The notes below the pieces were generated by a model. It saw only the letters and a list, made by a program, of their open reading frames with translations. It ran no database searches and was not told the origin of the DNA. Positions 47,405 to 61,180 of a stretch of DNA of 64,000 nt are shown here, in pieces (the stretch's first letter is position 1; each line of letters opens with the position of its first letter). Source of the DNA: Camelus dromedarius (taxonomy: Eukaryota). The translations under genes and the position numbers were made by a program. The DNA lies in the NCBI RefSeq assembly GCF_036321535.1, contig NC_087436.1:70060001-70124000 (forward strand), written 5' to 3'.

Positions 47405-48893
47405 CTAAAAAAAGGAAAGAAAGAAAGAAAAAGGAAAATAATGAAACCAGCAGATACTGCTATTTTTGGTAATAGATGCACTGCTAGGACAGTTCCTACT
47501 GCTTCATTTGGACATTTAGGATATTTAGCACTCTACAGGCACTCTTAAGTAATACCATTACTCAGATTTCACAGTAACTGCTATTTTTTAAACATTTTCA
47601 TCCAAAATAAACCTCACAGCAATTCCTCTGTCAACCATCTTTGATTACTTGGCAAATCCTTGATTTCCTTTAAAAATAAGCTCAAGTTTTACCTTCTCGT
47701 GATGATTACTTGGATCCCATCTCCTTCCTCCGTAGTCTCATTAAAGTGAATATACCTTTATTTTAACAAATGCCATGTCATAGTTGCTTATCTACAGAGT
47801 AGCTGCTTCCTTAGACTCTATAAATTCCTTGAGGCAAGAACATTTACATATTCCCAAAGCCTTGCTAGATGTGTGGCATGTGGAATATACTCAATATTTG
47901 TGGGATGAGTGGACAGACAGATATTATTATCCACATTTTAGAAATGCAGTAATTATAAATCAGAGGGGTTGGTACCTATCCAAGTTCATACAACTACTAA
48001 GTAGTAAAGCTGGAACTGGAATCCAGACCTCTTGATCTGGAGATGTTCCATGATAAATTAGGTAACATACCAACTAGTTCAAGTGATTTCACTAACTTTT
48101 ACATTTTTTCCATCTATGTTATCACTTCTCTTCATATGTACCCCTCCCTACTGAAAGATATAAAGAAAAACTCATGTTTCCTAACTCAGTATTCAGCAAT
48201 ATTATCCACATAGTCAAGCCAAAAATTGGTTACCATCCTTAGTCTTTCCTCTCTGTCATGACCTATATGTAATCCATCTCTTAGTTCAATTGATTTTAGT
48301 TCTTGCTATCTGTGAAATCCAACCACCTGATTCAGGACACCACTGTTTCTCTCCTAGATTGTAGCAATACACTCCCCTCTTCAGTCCTGACCCTCCCAAT
48401 GTATTATAGCCACCTTATTAAACGGTCCTACTAAAATGCAAGTGAAGAGCAAATCACTTTAGTCAATTTGATTAGTCTACCTTACCTTTATGCAGATAAT
48501 TGAGTTCAATGTGAAATCATCTGTAGTCCATATGTGGTAGAAAACAAGGCTTTTAGTGTTATCTCAAGTTTCAGTTTGAAATGATCAAGGGCAGCTAAAA
48601 TTTCTGATTCAAATTGAAATTACTCCATATGAAAAGGGCATGTTGATGACTAGATCTGAGCCTTCAGTTATTATTCGATCTAGCTGGCTGGTTTTAGGTT
48701 GCCTGGAAACCTTCCTTCCTGCTCCCAACTTCTCCATAATTGGCTCAAGCCCATTAATCAGATTCAGCCTTATGTAAGATGCTGCACATCAAAAAGAGGA
48801 GTAAAGATGTAGGTATCACATGCAAACAATTTCTAATATCAGAAAGTACCTCTGCTCACAACATGAAAAAATGAAATGCAAAATACCACATAC

Positions 48894-49020
48894 ATAATTC
48901 TGATGTTTCTCTCCACAATGTCTTGACTAGGATCTTCAGGAGAAGGGATGATCCTGGAAGTAATCCGGGCACACTTACATTTGTTGTCAACAAGAACGGT
49001 GCTTTCATCTTCATCTTGGG
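48894..49020 (-). CDS. JCHAIN: JCHAIN exon 2, (A)QDEDESTVLVDNKCKCARITSRIIPSPEDPSQDIVERNIRI
   Basis: 127 nt; tttcaAG acceptor and GTATGT donor on minus strand; ORF 48839..49084. Confidence 0.98.
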
Positions 49021-50456
49021 CTTGAAAGATAAAACACATTAAGAAGAAAGGGAAATGAAAGTCTATTTTTATATTTTGTAACAAGTTAATTTAGCTTTTT
49101 TCTGGCAGAAAAATTAAGTTTTATAGTTAATTAGTTTCATCTTTCTGCATTTGTTCTCTTTCCTAATCTAAAATAGCTAAGTGGAATCTCACAGCATAGT
49201 GAAGGAAATGCAAACGAACTCCAAAAGGAACTTTCTCTTTTTTCCTGGGACCAGTCTATCGGAAGCTGAGCTGAAAGAATTCTAGTTTTAATCTAATGAT
49301 TTTAATAGAGGCACAACACTCTGAATGATGTAGCTTCATAAAAATCAGTGCCAAATGCCAAAATGAGAGAGAAAACAAAAATCTAGACTGGATTTTTCTC
49401 AGACCAAAGCAATTCATTCAAGAGTGAATAAAAAAAGAACATTAGTCTATATAAACCGAGTTTGAAGTGTCACGTCCTTCCTGAACTCCCGTTTATACTT
49501 TTTTTTTGCTTAGATTGCATGAGAGCTAAGAACATGCACATTTTCCCCAAGATAACCTTATTTTGTAAGACTTTATTCTCCTCTATATATACATATAATT
49601 TTCCCAAACTTAATTATATTCTTCTTTTTCATAGTAACAATCAAGTTATCATGGTATAATGATTTAATCCAATAAAATAAGTGCTATATTTATCAATATT
49701 TCTTGTAAGAATTATTTTAATACAGTATATATAGATGTAAAGTGTTATAAATTTGCCAAAACAATTTAGAATATATTGTGAGATACAAGTTCTATTTAAT
49801 ATAATATGCATGTATACAGAAAAAATAATAAATGAATGAATGAATACACAGATGACCATTAAAGTCTTAACTCTGAATGTCAACATTTATTGTCTAATCT
49901 GAACATTAGACAAAGAAGTCTGGCAAGTGTTGCAAAGAATTAACAAAGAAAATTTCTTATTATCTGAACTTAGATCACTTAACAGATATTTGAAGGGTTA
50001 ACAATAAATAGCTTTATTTAATAATGCTAATTATTCATAATTATGTTAAATATTTTTAATTTAATTTCAGCTAAATGATCTTTAAAATTTCCTTCCATCA
50101 GTCTTCAATTAAAAAATAAAGATTTAGCACATGAATTCAAGTTATAAACATTAAACGATAGGGATAGATATAATCGTAACTGGAAGTCTAATTATTCCAA
50201 AGATGATCCCAGAGCAGAGAGGATCTAATTGCAGTATTTCAGTTCTAATAATAAGTTATTATAAAAACATTTTGAGACCATTGTTATTGTACTTAAAGTT
50301 GTTTGAAGTACTTTATAATGCATTATTATGCTATTATTCGTAAGTTTTTAATAAATCTTCTGATAAAAAGTCCATATGGTACTAGAGAAAAAACATTACA
50401 AAGCCAATTTAAGATAATGATATAATTCTTCTTAATGTTTTGAAAAGAGTAAGATG

Positions 50457-50629
50457 TGGTTCATTTATTGTACCAAATATGCCACACTGATGAGGGATGT
50501 TGAGGGTAGGGGAGTATATATGTGTGGGTGGGGAGGGCTATGTGCAAACTCTCTGTGTTTGCTGCTCAGTTCTGCTGTGAACCTGAAACTGCTCTAAAAA
50601 ATAAAGTCTATTAATTAAAAAAAGAAAAC
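50457..50629 (+). mobile_element. Short L1 (L1MB/MC-type) 3' end in JCHAIN intron 1, antisense to the gene
   Basis: ctgctgtgaacctgaaactgctctaaaaaataaagtct; 14-nt TSD aaaagagtaagatg at 50443-50456 and 50630-50643. Confidence 0.85.
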
Positions 50630-52270
50630 AAAAGAGTAAGATGACTTAAATGGTGTCCTCTTTCCTACTCTTTTATTCGACTCAAATGTTTTTCTCAATA
50701 AAACACAAATGAGCGTGTAATGCGTGACCAAAAATATAGATTGAGTCGAGTATCAAGTCTTAAATAGAAAATATCTGTATTTTATTTATGGTATACATTA
50801 TATTTTCTTGCCAGAAACCTAGGAAAAACCATCATTACTATTATTATATAAAAATATTAGGCAGTCTAATATACCTACCAGGAAATGTACAAATACTTCC
50901 AATTCACCAAGATTTACAAGATTCAAACATTCTGTTTCATCAACAGGCAGTATTTTTTCCTAATAAACCTGCTATTATAGACTGTGCCTTACTGTATTTC
51001 AAGAGCATTTGAGACATAGTAGGTGCTCAATAAATAATTGTTGAACTTAACTTAGTTCAAACAAATTAGAAAATAGACTTAACAACAAGTACTAGAAATG
51101 AACATAGTGAGTTTACTGAAAAGTTATTCTCTGATAAAGGCATAATAGGAAAGTAGTTAGGAGTGTGGATTATAGTGTCAGATGTCTTGGGTTCCACCTA
51201 CCACATGTTTATTGTGTGATCTCAGGTAAGTTACTTCACCTCTCTAAATTTCAGTGGGCTCAACTATGTATCAGAAATAATAATGGTACATGCTCTCAAA
51301 TGGTTATTGTGAGAATGGAATAGTATATGTAAAGCAGTTAGCATAATGCCTAGAAAATAGTATTACTCAGTAAATGATAGCTCTTTTACACATACATAGC
51401 CATATATATGTTTCACATATATGTTTATAGGTATATTTATATATGTATAAATACATATATTATACATGGTTTACTATTAATATCTTTATGGTTTAAATAC
51501 TATTAGAAGTTCACTATTCTTAATGCTAAATTAGTATAAAACATATGCAAAATAACTACTCTTAATTACATCATACTCTGTCTTAAAATAATAAGCTCAA
51601 GAAAAAAATAAGCTCAGTAAGTCTTAGAATAAACCAGCTTATTAATTATATGACTTCTAATTCATATGTCCTTCTAATGAAAATTGTTAAACATTGTACT
51701 TCTATATTCAGAAAATAATCCATTTTCTACAGTAGTTTAAAAAGTTAATAAACAAAATAACCGAAGCATAGTCATCAAGTTGTAGGAAACCTGTACAACA
51801 TTAAACATTGTTAAGGGTCATAATAAATCTGTACACTTAGCTCCAGGAAAGTTGTTAGAATTAACAATCTCTCTGAGGAAATTAAATCCCAATGCACTCC
51901 ATATTGTATTTACAATAATTATTAATTCATTTCTCCAGAATATACATTTGAGACATTCAAGGAGAGGATCACTGATTTTCCAGGTTCAATATAGGTGTAT
52001 TAGTATAAATATAGCTATCTATACTTATCCAGAAATACCTATTCTCTTATTCTCTAGGTAGGCAAACAAATAAGAGAAAAAAGAATAAAAAGAATTACAG
52101 TGAGTTATATCTATCTAAATATCACTGTCCACACAAAGATTAAGGTATGTTAGAAAAAAGTAGCCAGCTAGCTGGCCAGTCAAAGCACAAACATAAATGT
52201 TTAAATCTGAAGAACAGATCTGTGTTCTATTTTTCCTTTTATCTGGGTTCATTTTCAAAATACTACATAC

Positions 52271-52334
52271 CTGTCACAAGAACAGCCTTAACAAAAATAG
52301 CCAGGACTCCCCAGAAAAGCAAATAGTTCTTCAT
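52271..52334 (-). CDS. JCHAIN: JCHAIN exon 1 coding part, signal peptide MKNYLLFWGVLAIFVKAVLVT
   Basis: ATG at 52334-52332; 64 nt; GTATGT donor; total CDS 64+127+81+205 = 477 nt = 158 aa plus stop. Confidence 0.98.
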
Positions 52335-52403
52335 CTTGACTTCACTTCTTGTGAAAAACTGGAGCTAAAATGTCAGGGTTAAGATGTGTGATCTACAAGG
52401 AGT

Positions 52404-52439
52404 GTGCAAATGATGGTGCTTCTGCTTTCTTAAAATAAC
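52404..52439 (-). promoter_or_regulatory. JCHAIN: JCHAIN proximal promoter: MEF2-like TTATTTTAAG, PU.1 (JB-type) AAAGCAGAAG, octamer-like ATTTGCAC
   Basis: Minus strand reads GTTATTTTAAGAAAGCAGAAGCACCATCATTTGCAC, 70-105 nt upstream of the ATG; resembles recalled mouse J-chain promoter elements. Confidence 0.7.
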
Positions 52440-53842
52440 ACTCCAGGCAGCTAACAAACTAAAAACAATCACAACTGTGGTTGAAGTCTGAAATTTAAAT
52501 GCTGCACTGGAAAGAAATGTATGGCTCAGATTTATGTATTTTTTTCCAAAATATCCCCCAAAGCCATGTGCAATTACTTTTTATATTATATTTATTCTAT
52601 ATAATTAAATCAGAAGACTAAAAATAATTTCAAGGCAGGAGTCCATTAAAAATGTTTAAATAGGGATTCTCAACATTATTATCTAGATAACAAGGTTTTC
52701 AAATCAAATATAATATGATATTTGTTGTGCCTAGAACAATAAATGAAGGAAAGAGAAGGAAAAGGAAAGAATTAAAGCCTGTTAAGGTTCCTATTGTATC
52801 TTAGGTCAACTCTTTCTGCTAGTCCTTAATTAACCAAGCTACCAGGTTTAACATATATATTACAGATCACATATATAATATATACACATTATCATTACTT
52901 TCAGTTATTTTATAAGCTGAAACATGGAACTGGAATTAGAAACAGGTGGATGCTAGATGTATCCGTTGCTGTCACAATTTGATAGTATTAAAGCAAACTT
53001 TGTGTTTGCTCACCTAGTTATAACTTTCAGAATTTAAACCCATGAAATGATGCTCATTTGATAGGCCTAAACAGAACACTGTCACTGCAGTATTTCTTGT
53101 AAAAGTTTTCCTCATTAATTAGTGACGACAAAAAAAAAAAAGCCTGAGCTTTTAGACAAGGCATCCCTCTACCTCCCACTGCAATGTTAGAATGTCTCTT
53201 AGGCAAGGTTTGTTCCAAGAACATTCTGGTTACATTTATATGCAACACCAAATCTACCTTACTTTTGGTTTTCAGTTCTCTAATTTTTTAAGAGTCTCCT
53301 ATAATTTTGAGAGTTAGTAAAGAAATACTTCAGGACTATAAGTAGGCAAGCAGATTTCACAGCTCGCAGTAAGAAAAAAAAAATGGCAGAATGAAAGCAG
53401 AATTAAAGGCTTGCACATAATTGCACTCCTTCAATGTATTGAATGTCTAGCAAGAACAAAGTGCCAGACACTAGAACACACAATATTATTACACTATCAA
53501 ACTTTACTCTCATTTTAATGTCTACTATCATAGGACCTAGAAACTATTTGGGAATTAAGAAAAATATACAAGATTCACATGAATAATGATATCTTATAGA
53601 AAAAGAAACATCTGAAGGTTCATTATTTTAGTGTGTGGTCAGGATGTCAAAACAAATACCAACCACCTAAGATGTTAAGGTACCTCATCTCTAACTGTAG
53701 TTTCTTTCAGCCTTATAGTTTTATAATTCCATTATACAAAACATGCATCTAAAAGAAATTATTTTAATGAAGTGTGGAGAGTGCCAAGTGGCACTTTTGT
53801 CACCAGGAGAGAGTTACCTATGCTGCAATATAGGATTAGGAT

Positions 53843-54022
53843 AAGTGTTTTGTCAAGTGTGGCTCAGGGATCGTCTTCCCTAGAATCACTTGGAATATTA
53901 GTCAAAAATACGGATTTCCTGGCTACACCCAATCAGAATTTCTGGAGATATAACTTTGAAATACGTATTTTTAAAAAGGCTTCCAGTTGATTCTGATGTA
54001 CACTAAAATTTGAAAATTGGTA
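53843..54022. mobile_element. MER5A-like hAT MITE
   Basis: tagaatcacttggaatattagtcaaaaatacggatttcctggctacacccaatcagaatt...ttgattctgatgtacactaaaatttgaaaa. Confidence 0.7.
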
Positions 54023-55329
54023 GACTAGAAGCCTATGGGGGAGGAGGGGAATAACTAGCAGCATTAACTATAAAAGAGCAAGAAGCTAATAAAAGTTTTT
54101 TCTTTTTTTAACAAAGAGGCTTACATTGAAAATTTAGCTAAGGTTTCTATTTATTTTACAATTCTGTTTTATACGTAAATTGTTTCATGAATTTTTAGTA
54201 CTATATATACTACAGTGATATATATATATATATATATACATATATATAATAGTACTGTGTATTTTAAACCACCTTATCTCTGGTTTTGTAATTCTCACTT
54301 TAAAAAAATGTAAAATGTGAATAGTAGAACCCTTTCCATTCAAGTGAGTTAAAACTGGGAGCTTAGCCACATGTTCTAAATTCTTCACCAAAAAATGATT
54401 TATTTTTCCATGTTTATCTATGAGATTCTTACAGTATGAGTTTCAGTATAGACTCATTTGTATGAAAGAGATGTTAAGGTAATTTAGTCTCACCTTCTTT
54501 ACTCCTAGTCAAGTTTTGTTTCAATGTCCTATACAGCAAACAGTCTGAGCTTAGAAAATGATCTGAAATAGGCCAATGCTTCACTTCCTCTGTACATAAC
54601 TTATTATATTTAGGATACTCAAACCATGACAAAGATTTGATTCTCTTGAGACACACAGAATATACTCTCCTTGTTTTCTTCCTACCTCACTGATGATTCT
54701 TGTTCAGCATCTTGCTGAATTTTCTTCTGAATATTAAGGTTGATCCTCAGCCTTCTCTTTTCTCTCATCCTCTCCCTAATTCATTTTATCTGATCCTATG
54801 TTTTTTAATGTAGAACACGTTGTGACTTTCCAATGTATAACTGTAGACTTTCCCTTACCCACTGAGCTACAAACTCCTGTATCCAACTTTCTCTTTGATA
54901 TCTTCACTTGTCTGTCTAACAGTTACCTAAAACGTAACCAGGTAAAGCAGTACTCTTGATGACCAAGTCACTCTCACACTTCCAATCCCATCTTTTTCTG
55001 TCCCTAGTCTTCCTCATCTCAGTAAATGGCACCTCCACCCACCTGGTTGCTCAAGGCAAAATCCTCTTCTTTGATCCCCTTCTGTTCTTCTCCCTCACAT
55101 TCAATTTATCACCATGTCACGTTTGTTTTATTTCCACAGTATATCCCAAATGTATCTGATTCTCTCCATTTTCACTGTCACCCTAGTCCAAGCCTCTATC
55201 TTCTTTCATAGACTACTACAATAGCCATAGTGATAAAAAGTGATTTTTCCTTTGCCACAGCATTGACAACTAGGGCTCACAGCTGACCATCAAGAATGGC
55301 TAAGTACCCTAAATTCTAAAGAAAGTTAG

Positions 55330-55910
55330 ATACTTCCTCCATGACTTAACAAGAGGCAACAGAACTCAACTTACTGCCATCAATCACCACCCTCACTGCT
55401 CTGGTTTCACAATGTGGAAACAAACCTAAGCGTCAGCCAGCCTGAGTCTTAATTATCTTGAGGCTCTTGTAGAGAATCTATTTCCAACCTCATTCAAGTT
55501 GTTGGTTGAATTCAGTCCCTTGTGCTTTTAGAGTCAAGGTCTCCATTCTCTTACCTACTGTCACCTGGAGGTTGTTCTCAGCTTCTAGATGCTGACAACA
55601 TCCCCTGGCCAGTGGCCCTCTTGATCTTAAAACTTAGTAATAGTGGGTCAAGTCCTTCTCGTGCTTCAAATCTCTCTGACCTCTGCTTTTGCAACATCTT
55701 TCCTGTTTCCAATTAGGGAAAGTTCTCTGCTTTTAGGGGCTCATGTGATCACACTGGGCCCATCCAGATAATAAAGGATAATCTCCCACTGTAGGCCCAT
55801 GACTTTAATCACATTTGAAAGTCTCTTTTGTTACATAATGTGTAGCAAATTCATAGGTGCTAGAGATTAGGGCATGTAAATTTGAGGGGACATTATTCTG
55901 CCTTCCACAG
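55330..55910 (-). mobile_element. MaLR solo LTR (MLT1-type)
   Basis: gggcccatccagataataaaggataatctccc...ttaatcacatttgaaagtctcttttg...gagattagggcatg...cattattctgccttccaca; left end approximate. Confidence 0.75.
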
Positions 55911-56254
55911 ACTTAGCTGAACACTCTCCCAAGAAGAAAGGAATCAGCAAGTAAAAGGTCTAAAATGGGAAAAGAGTTTGGCCTGCACAGGACAAGTAGC
56001 AGGAAAGAAGGCCCCCAAAGCTATAGCAAAGTGAAGGAGAGAACATAGTAATAACACCATGCACTTCTTTCTAAGAGTAACTTTTTTCCCCATTTGAATT
56101 GTATAAGTTTAGAATCTATTTTGAATTTTTGAATCAATCTTAGTCATTCTAAAGCTAAAGGTGGAGCATAAGCCTCCTTTCAGTCTCTTTCACTTCCCAC
56201 AAAACCAAAAGCTATCGATATTTTTTCATATTTATATGGAAAAATTTCTAATTG

Positions 56255-57615
56255 ACATTATTTTTCAACTTTATGTTTAAAATTTTAATTTAGAAATAAT
56301 TGTAGATTCACATGCAGTTTTAAGAAATAACACAGGGAGATGATGTGTGCCCTTTACCCAGTTTCCTCCAATGGTAACATTTATATCTTGTGACAAGAAT
56401 GTCACAACAAGGATACTGATACTGATGTAGTCAAAAAAGAACATTTCCATCACAACAAAGATCCTTCCTGTCGCCCTTTTATAACCACATCCACTCACTC
56501 CTTAACCCCTGACAACCATTCATCTCTCTTTCTATATTTTTTCATTTATAAATGTTGTATAAATGGAACAATATTGTATATAATCTTTTAAGATTGGCTT
56601 TTTTACTCAGCCTAATTCCCTGGAAATTCATCCAGGCTGTTGTATCAAAAGTCTGTTCCTTATTATTGTTGAGTAGTATTCTGTGATACTCATAGATGTA
56701 CCATAGTTTGTTTAACCATTCATCCATGGAAGGTTATCTGGGTTGTTTCCAGCTTAGGGCCATTATGAATAAAACTGTTACAGTCACATGACAGGTTTTT
56801 GTGCCAAAATTAATCTTCATTTCTCTGGGATAAATCCCTTCTAGTGCAATTGCTGGGACATTTGGAAGTTGCATTTTTTTTTTTTTTTAAGAAACTCCCA
56901 CATTGTTTTCCAGAGTGACTGTACCATTTTACATTCCCACTAGCAATATATGTGATACACTTTCTCTGCATCCACAGCAGCATTTGGTGGTGTCAACTAG
57001 TTCTTTAATTTCAGTCATTTCGGTAAGCTTGTGGTAAAATCTCATTGTGGTTTTAATCTACATTCCCCCAATGGCTAGTGATGCTGAATATAATTTCATG
57101 TGTTTACTGCTTATTTGCTATCTGTTTCTCCTCTTTGCTGACATGTCTCTTCTTATCTTTTGCCCATTTTCTAATTGGAATATTTGGTTTTTAATTGTTG
57201 AGTCTTGTGAATTCTTTATATATTGTAAATACCAGGTCTATTGTCAGACATGTGGTTTGAAAATATTTTTTCCCACTCTGCAGCTTGTCTTTTCATCCTC
57301 TAAATAGGATTTTTATGAAGTCTGGTTTATCAACTTTTCCTTTTATGGACTGCGCTTTTGGCATCAAGACTAAGAACTCCTTCCCTAGTCCTAGATCTTG
57401 AAGACTTTCTCTATGTTTTTTCCAGAAGTGTTAGAGTTTTACATTTACATTTCAGTGCATGATCCATTTTGAGTTAATTTTATATTAGGTGTGAGGCTTA
57501 GATCAAGGTTCTTTTTTTTTTTTTTTTTTTTTTGCCTATGAATGTTTAACTGCTCCAGCATCACTACTGAAAAGCTATCTTTCCTCCATTGGATTATTTT
57601 TGCACCTTTGTTTAA
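56255..57615 (-). mobile_element. Old L1 (L1MB/L1MC-type) 3' UTR and ORF2 end
   Basis: agaaataattgtagattcacatgcag...ccattcatccatggaaggttatctgggttgtttccag...ttttgcccattttctaattgg...ttttgcacctttg. Confidence 0.85.
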
Positions 57616-60175
57616 TTGACATTTTTTAACCCTAAACATTTTGATTCTTGCATATAGAATTTCTTCAAGTATTAATCTGCATCCAATCACAGTGTATGTA
57701 AAATTTATAGTTAGATATCAGGAGGCAAAAACTAAGCTTAAAAAGAATTCAAAATATGAGAAAGAAACTTCATCTTAAACTCTTTGAAAAATTAAACAAT
57801 TAAAACAAACAAAAAAACTGAATTATCTTTTCCTCCCAATGGCTTTCCACACAGACTTTAAGTGTTTTGTGGTTAAATGTTTATAAGGACAATTGCACCT
57901 GTGTTGTGGTCTGTTTCTAAAGAAACTTGCACCTGCAGTGGCTTTTCATAGAATTGCTATTTGGGATACTACATGTTAGTCATTTGACCATATACAGAGC
58001 TCTTCTGTCTCACCACCTTCTGGGCTGGGCCTAATTTACAAACAGCCTACCTCCAAAAATCCATTTGAAAAACAATAGTTTAGATTTCACAATAATTTCT
58101 TTAGAGACGCAATAATAAACAAGGTTTCCAGGAAACTCATCAAATAACAATATACTCCTTCCAATTAATTAACTCCAGTGGTCTGGTCCCTTGCTGCTTT
58201 AAGAAAATTCTAATATATCTTCAAGGGAGGCTTCTGCTCTAGTCAAATATGTCTGCTTTTCTTTTCCTACACATGATTTGCTAATTCCTATATCAGAATC
58301 TTTTTTACTCTGTTATTTCCTCACCATAAATTTCTTTTTCCTTCCTACCAATCCTTGTCAAAAATCCTAAAATCTTTTAAACTAATTTTAGTAAGTCTTC
58401 CCCACTTTATGTCATCCCATTCTGTTCATTCCATTACTCAGTTGCTTCATTGCTAATAAATTCATCTTATATCTCTTTGCATCATTTTACATGAGTTGGC
58501 ATCTTACTTTACTTTCACCTTGTTTCATACATGTACAATTTATCTCATACTAAATTAACAATTTCTAGATGCAGAGAGGGATTCATAAAGAGCAGAAGCA
58601 ACTGACACCCCCAAAAAGGATGTAACAACAAAAAGGAATTATAAAGATTCCGGAAAATGGGTAAGGAAATAAAATTTTTCTTGTTCTAACTCTTCTATTC
58701 AGTTTTTACATCATATCTAAGTGCCATACTAAGTCTGTTTTCCCCAGTAACAAGGAGAAAGCATAAATCCATGGTGAGGAATATCCAGTAAAAATACTTT
58801 TTAAATATCAAATTCATTCAAGACCACTACATAATTCTTTTGTATCTCTCTCAGAGTTTCAAATAAGTCACTTTGGCTCAAAGTGTGCAATAATTGATTA
58901 CTTCCCAACTAATTTTTTACAGCACCAATATTTATTACAGTACCAATAGGAAATTAATATAGCTATCATTTTGGCTTATAATTTCCTCATATAATTGGGG
59001 GCAACCACATATTTTTATTTTAAAAATGTTTAAATAAGTTTAAAATTTATTTTCTCTTTAAGACACTGAAATAAAGTTGCCATTATAGCAAGCATGTATG
59101 TGGTCTACAAGGCTAATGCTGCTTACCTTAATTCAAATGATCATTCATTCATTTATTCTTTCTCTCAACAAGAATCTGTTTGCATCTATTCTTCATGTCA
59201 GGGATACTAGTGAACAAAATAGGTATGGTCTTTGATCAAATGGATTTACATGACAAGTACAATGTGCCACAGGAGCACAGATGTTGGTAGAGAGAGAGGT
59301 AGGGTCAAGGAAAGCTTCCCAGAGGAAAGATGAGTAGAAGTCAGGCAAAAAAGGGAGGAATGTGGTCTAGGAATGAATAAAATATCAACAATTTGGAGTT
59401 GAGAGAAAACATGGCTGTTGGAGGAAATGAAAGTTCAATATGGTAACAGGAGTCCAGAGACCATGTATTTCATATGTTTCAACACACCCCTCTTAAGCAC
59501 CTAGTACAGCGCTGTGCAAAATTAAATGCAGCATGTCCAAGACTTATTTCCCTCTGTTTCTTAAACCCTGCTAACCTCTTTCCTCCTGAGTTTTCTTAGT
59601 GAAGGGTACCATCATCCATTTAGTCATCCAAGGAAACCTGAGTCACTGTTACTCCTCACCCCCTCATACTTAATCAGACACTAAGCCTATAATACCAGCT
59701 CATAAATAGCTGTTAATCTGTGTACTTTTTATACCCTTATTCCCAGGGCCCTAGTTAGACAATAAAATTTATCATAACTGTAAGAGCCTCACACTAACTT
59801 CCTGCCTATAACCTCACCTCTTTCCATCAATTCTCTAATCTTGCCTTGCTTAAAACCTCCAATGGTTCTCCTCTGCTCCTAGAATAAAGTCTAAGTTATC
59901 TTTTAATATCAAAAATAGAGGTGTATCAATGTCACATTTGCAGACTCTTGTTAAATTCTTAAGTTATTTTTACTAACTTCTAATATCTTATTGAAATTTA
60001 GCAGAACTCAGTTTAACTCATTATTTCATTAGCTATTTATTGGTACTTACTATGTATAAGTAACTGTATTAGAATATCATAATGGTTACAGAGATGAATG
60101 GTGATATATCTGGCAGAAAATACAAGACAAGTATATAAACAGTCTTAACACAATGGAGAAAATGCTTAAAAATCC

Positions 60176-61180
60176 NNNNNNNNNNNNNNNNNNNNNNNNN
60201 NNNNNNNNNNNNNNNNNNNNNNNNNNNNNNNNNNNNNNNNNNNNNNNNNNNNNNNNNNNNNNNNNNNNNNNNNNNNNNNNNNNNNNNNNNNNNNNNNNNN
60301 NNNNNNNNNNNNNNNNNNNNNNNNNNNNNNNNNNNNNNNNNNNNNNNNNNNNNNNNNNNNNNNNNNNNNNNNNNNNNNNNNNNNNNNNNNNNNNNNNNNN
60401 NNNNNNNNNNNNNNNNNNNNNNNNNNNNNNNNNNNNNNNNNNNNNNNNNNNNNNNNNNNNNNNNNNNNNNNNNNNNNNNNNNNNNNNNNNNNNNNNNNNN
60501 NNNNGATGAAAATTCTAATTTAAATAGATACATGCACTCCAACATTCACAGCAGCACTATTTACAACAGCCAAGACACAGAAATACCTGAGTGCCCATCA
60601 ACAGACAACTGACTTAAGAAGATAGATATATATATAGATATATAGATATATATGATATCTTCTTATATCATATATACACATACATATATCATATATACCA
60701 TATATACACATACATATACATACACACACATACATATATATATAATTGAACATTACTCAGCCATAAAAAAATGAAATATTGCCAACTGCAACATGGATGG
60801 ACCTAGAGACTATTACAAGCAGTGAAGTGAGTCAGAAAAAGACAAATACTATATGATATCACTTACATGTGGAATATAAAAAAAATACAAATAAATCTAT
60901 ATATAAAATAGAAACAGACTCACAGACATAGAAAGCAAAGTTACAGTTACCAAAGTGGGAAAGAGGGAGGAAGGGACAATCAAGAATACGGGATTAACAG
61001 ATACAAACTAGTATATATAAAATAGACAAGCAATGAGGATTTACTGTATGGTACAAGGAATTACATTCAATATCTTGTACTAACCTATAATGGAATATAG
61101 TCTGAAAAAAATAACTGAATCACTTTTCTGTACACCTTAAACTAACACAATATTATAAATCAACTATACTTCAATTTTAA
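60176..61180 (+). mobile_element. L1 3' fragment with N gap (~60176-60504) and internal (AT)n/(AC)n expansion
   Basis: catgcactccaacattcacagcagcactatttacaacagccaagac...atggatggacctagagac...gtacaccttaaactaacacaatattataaatcaactatacttcaat; possible TSD aaaaatcc at both ends. Confidence 0.85.

Noticed and set aside
53213-53221. Isolated STAT5-type site TTCCAAGAA and nearby possible minus-strand donor
   Set aside because: A 6-base motif is expected many times by chance in 64 kb; no supportable exon
60069-60545. Long ORFs 60069..60545 and 60153..60509
   Set aside because: Artefacts of the N gap
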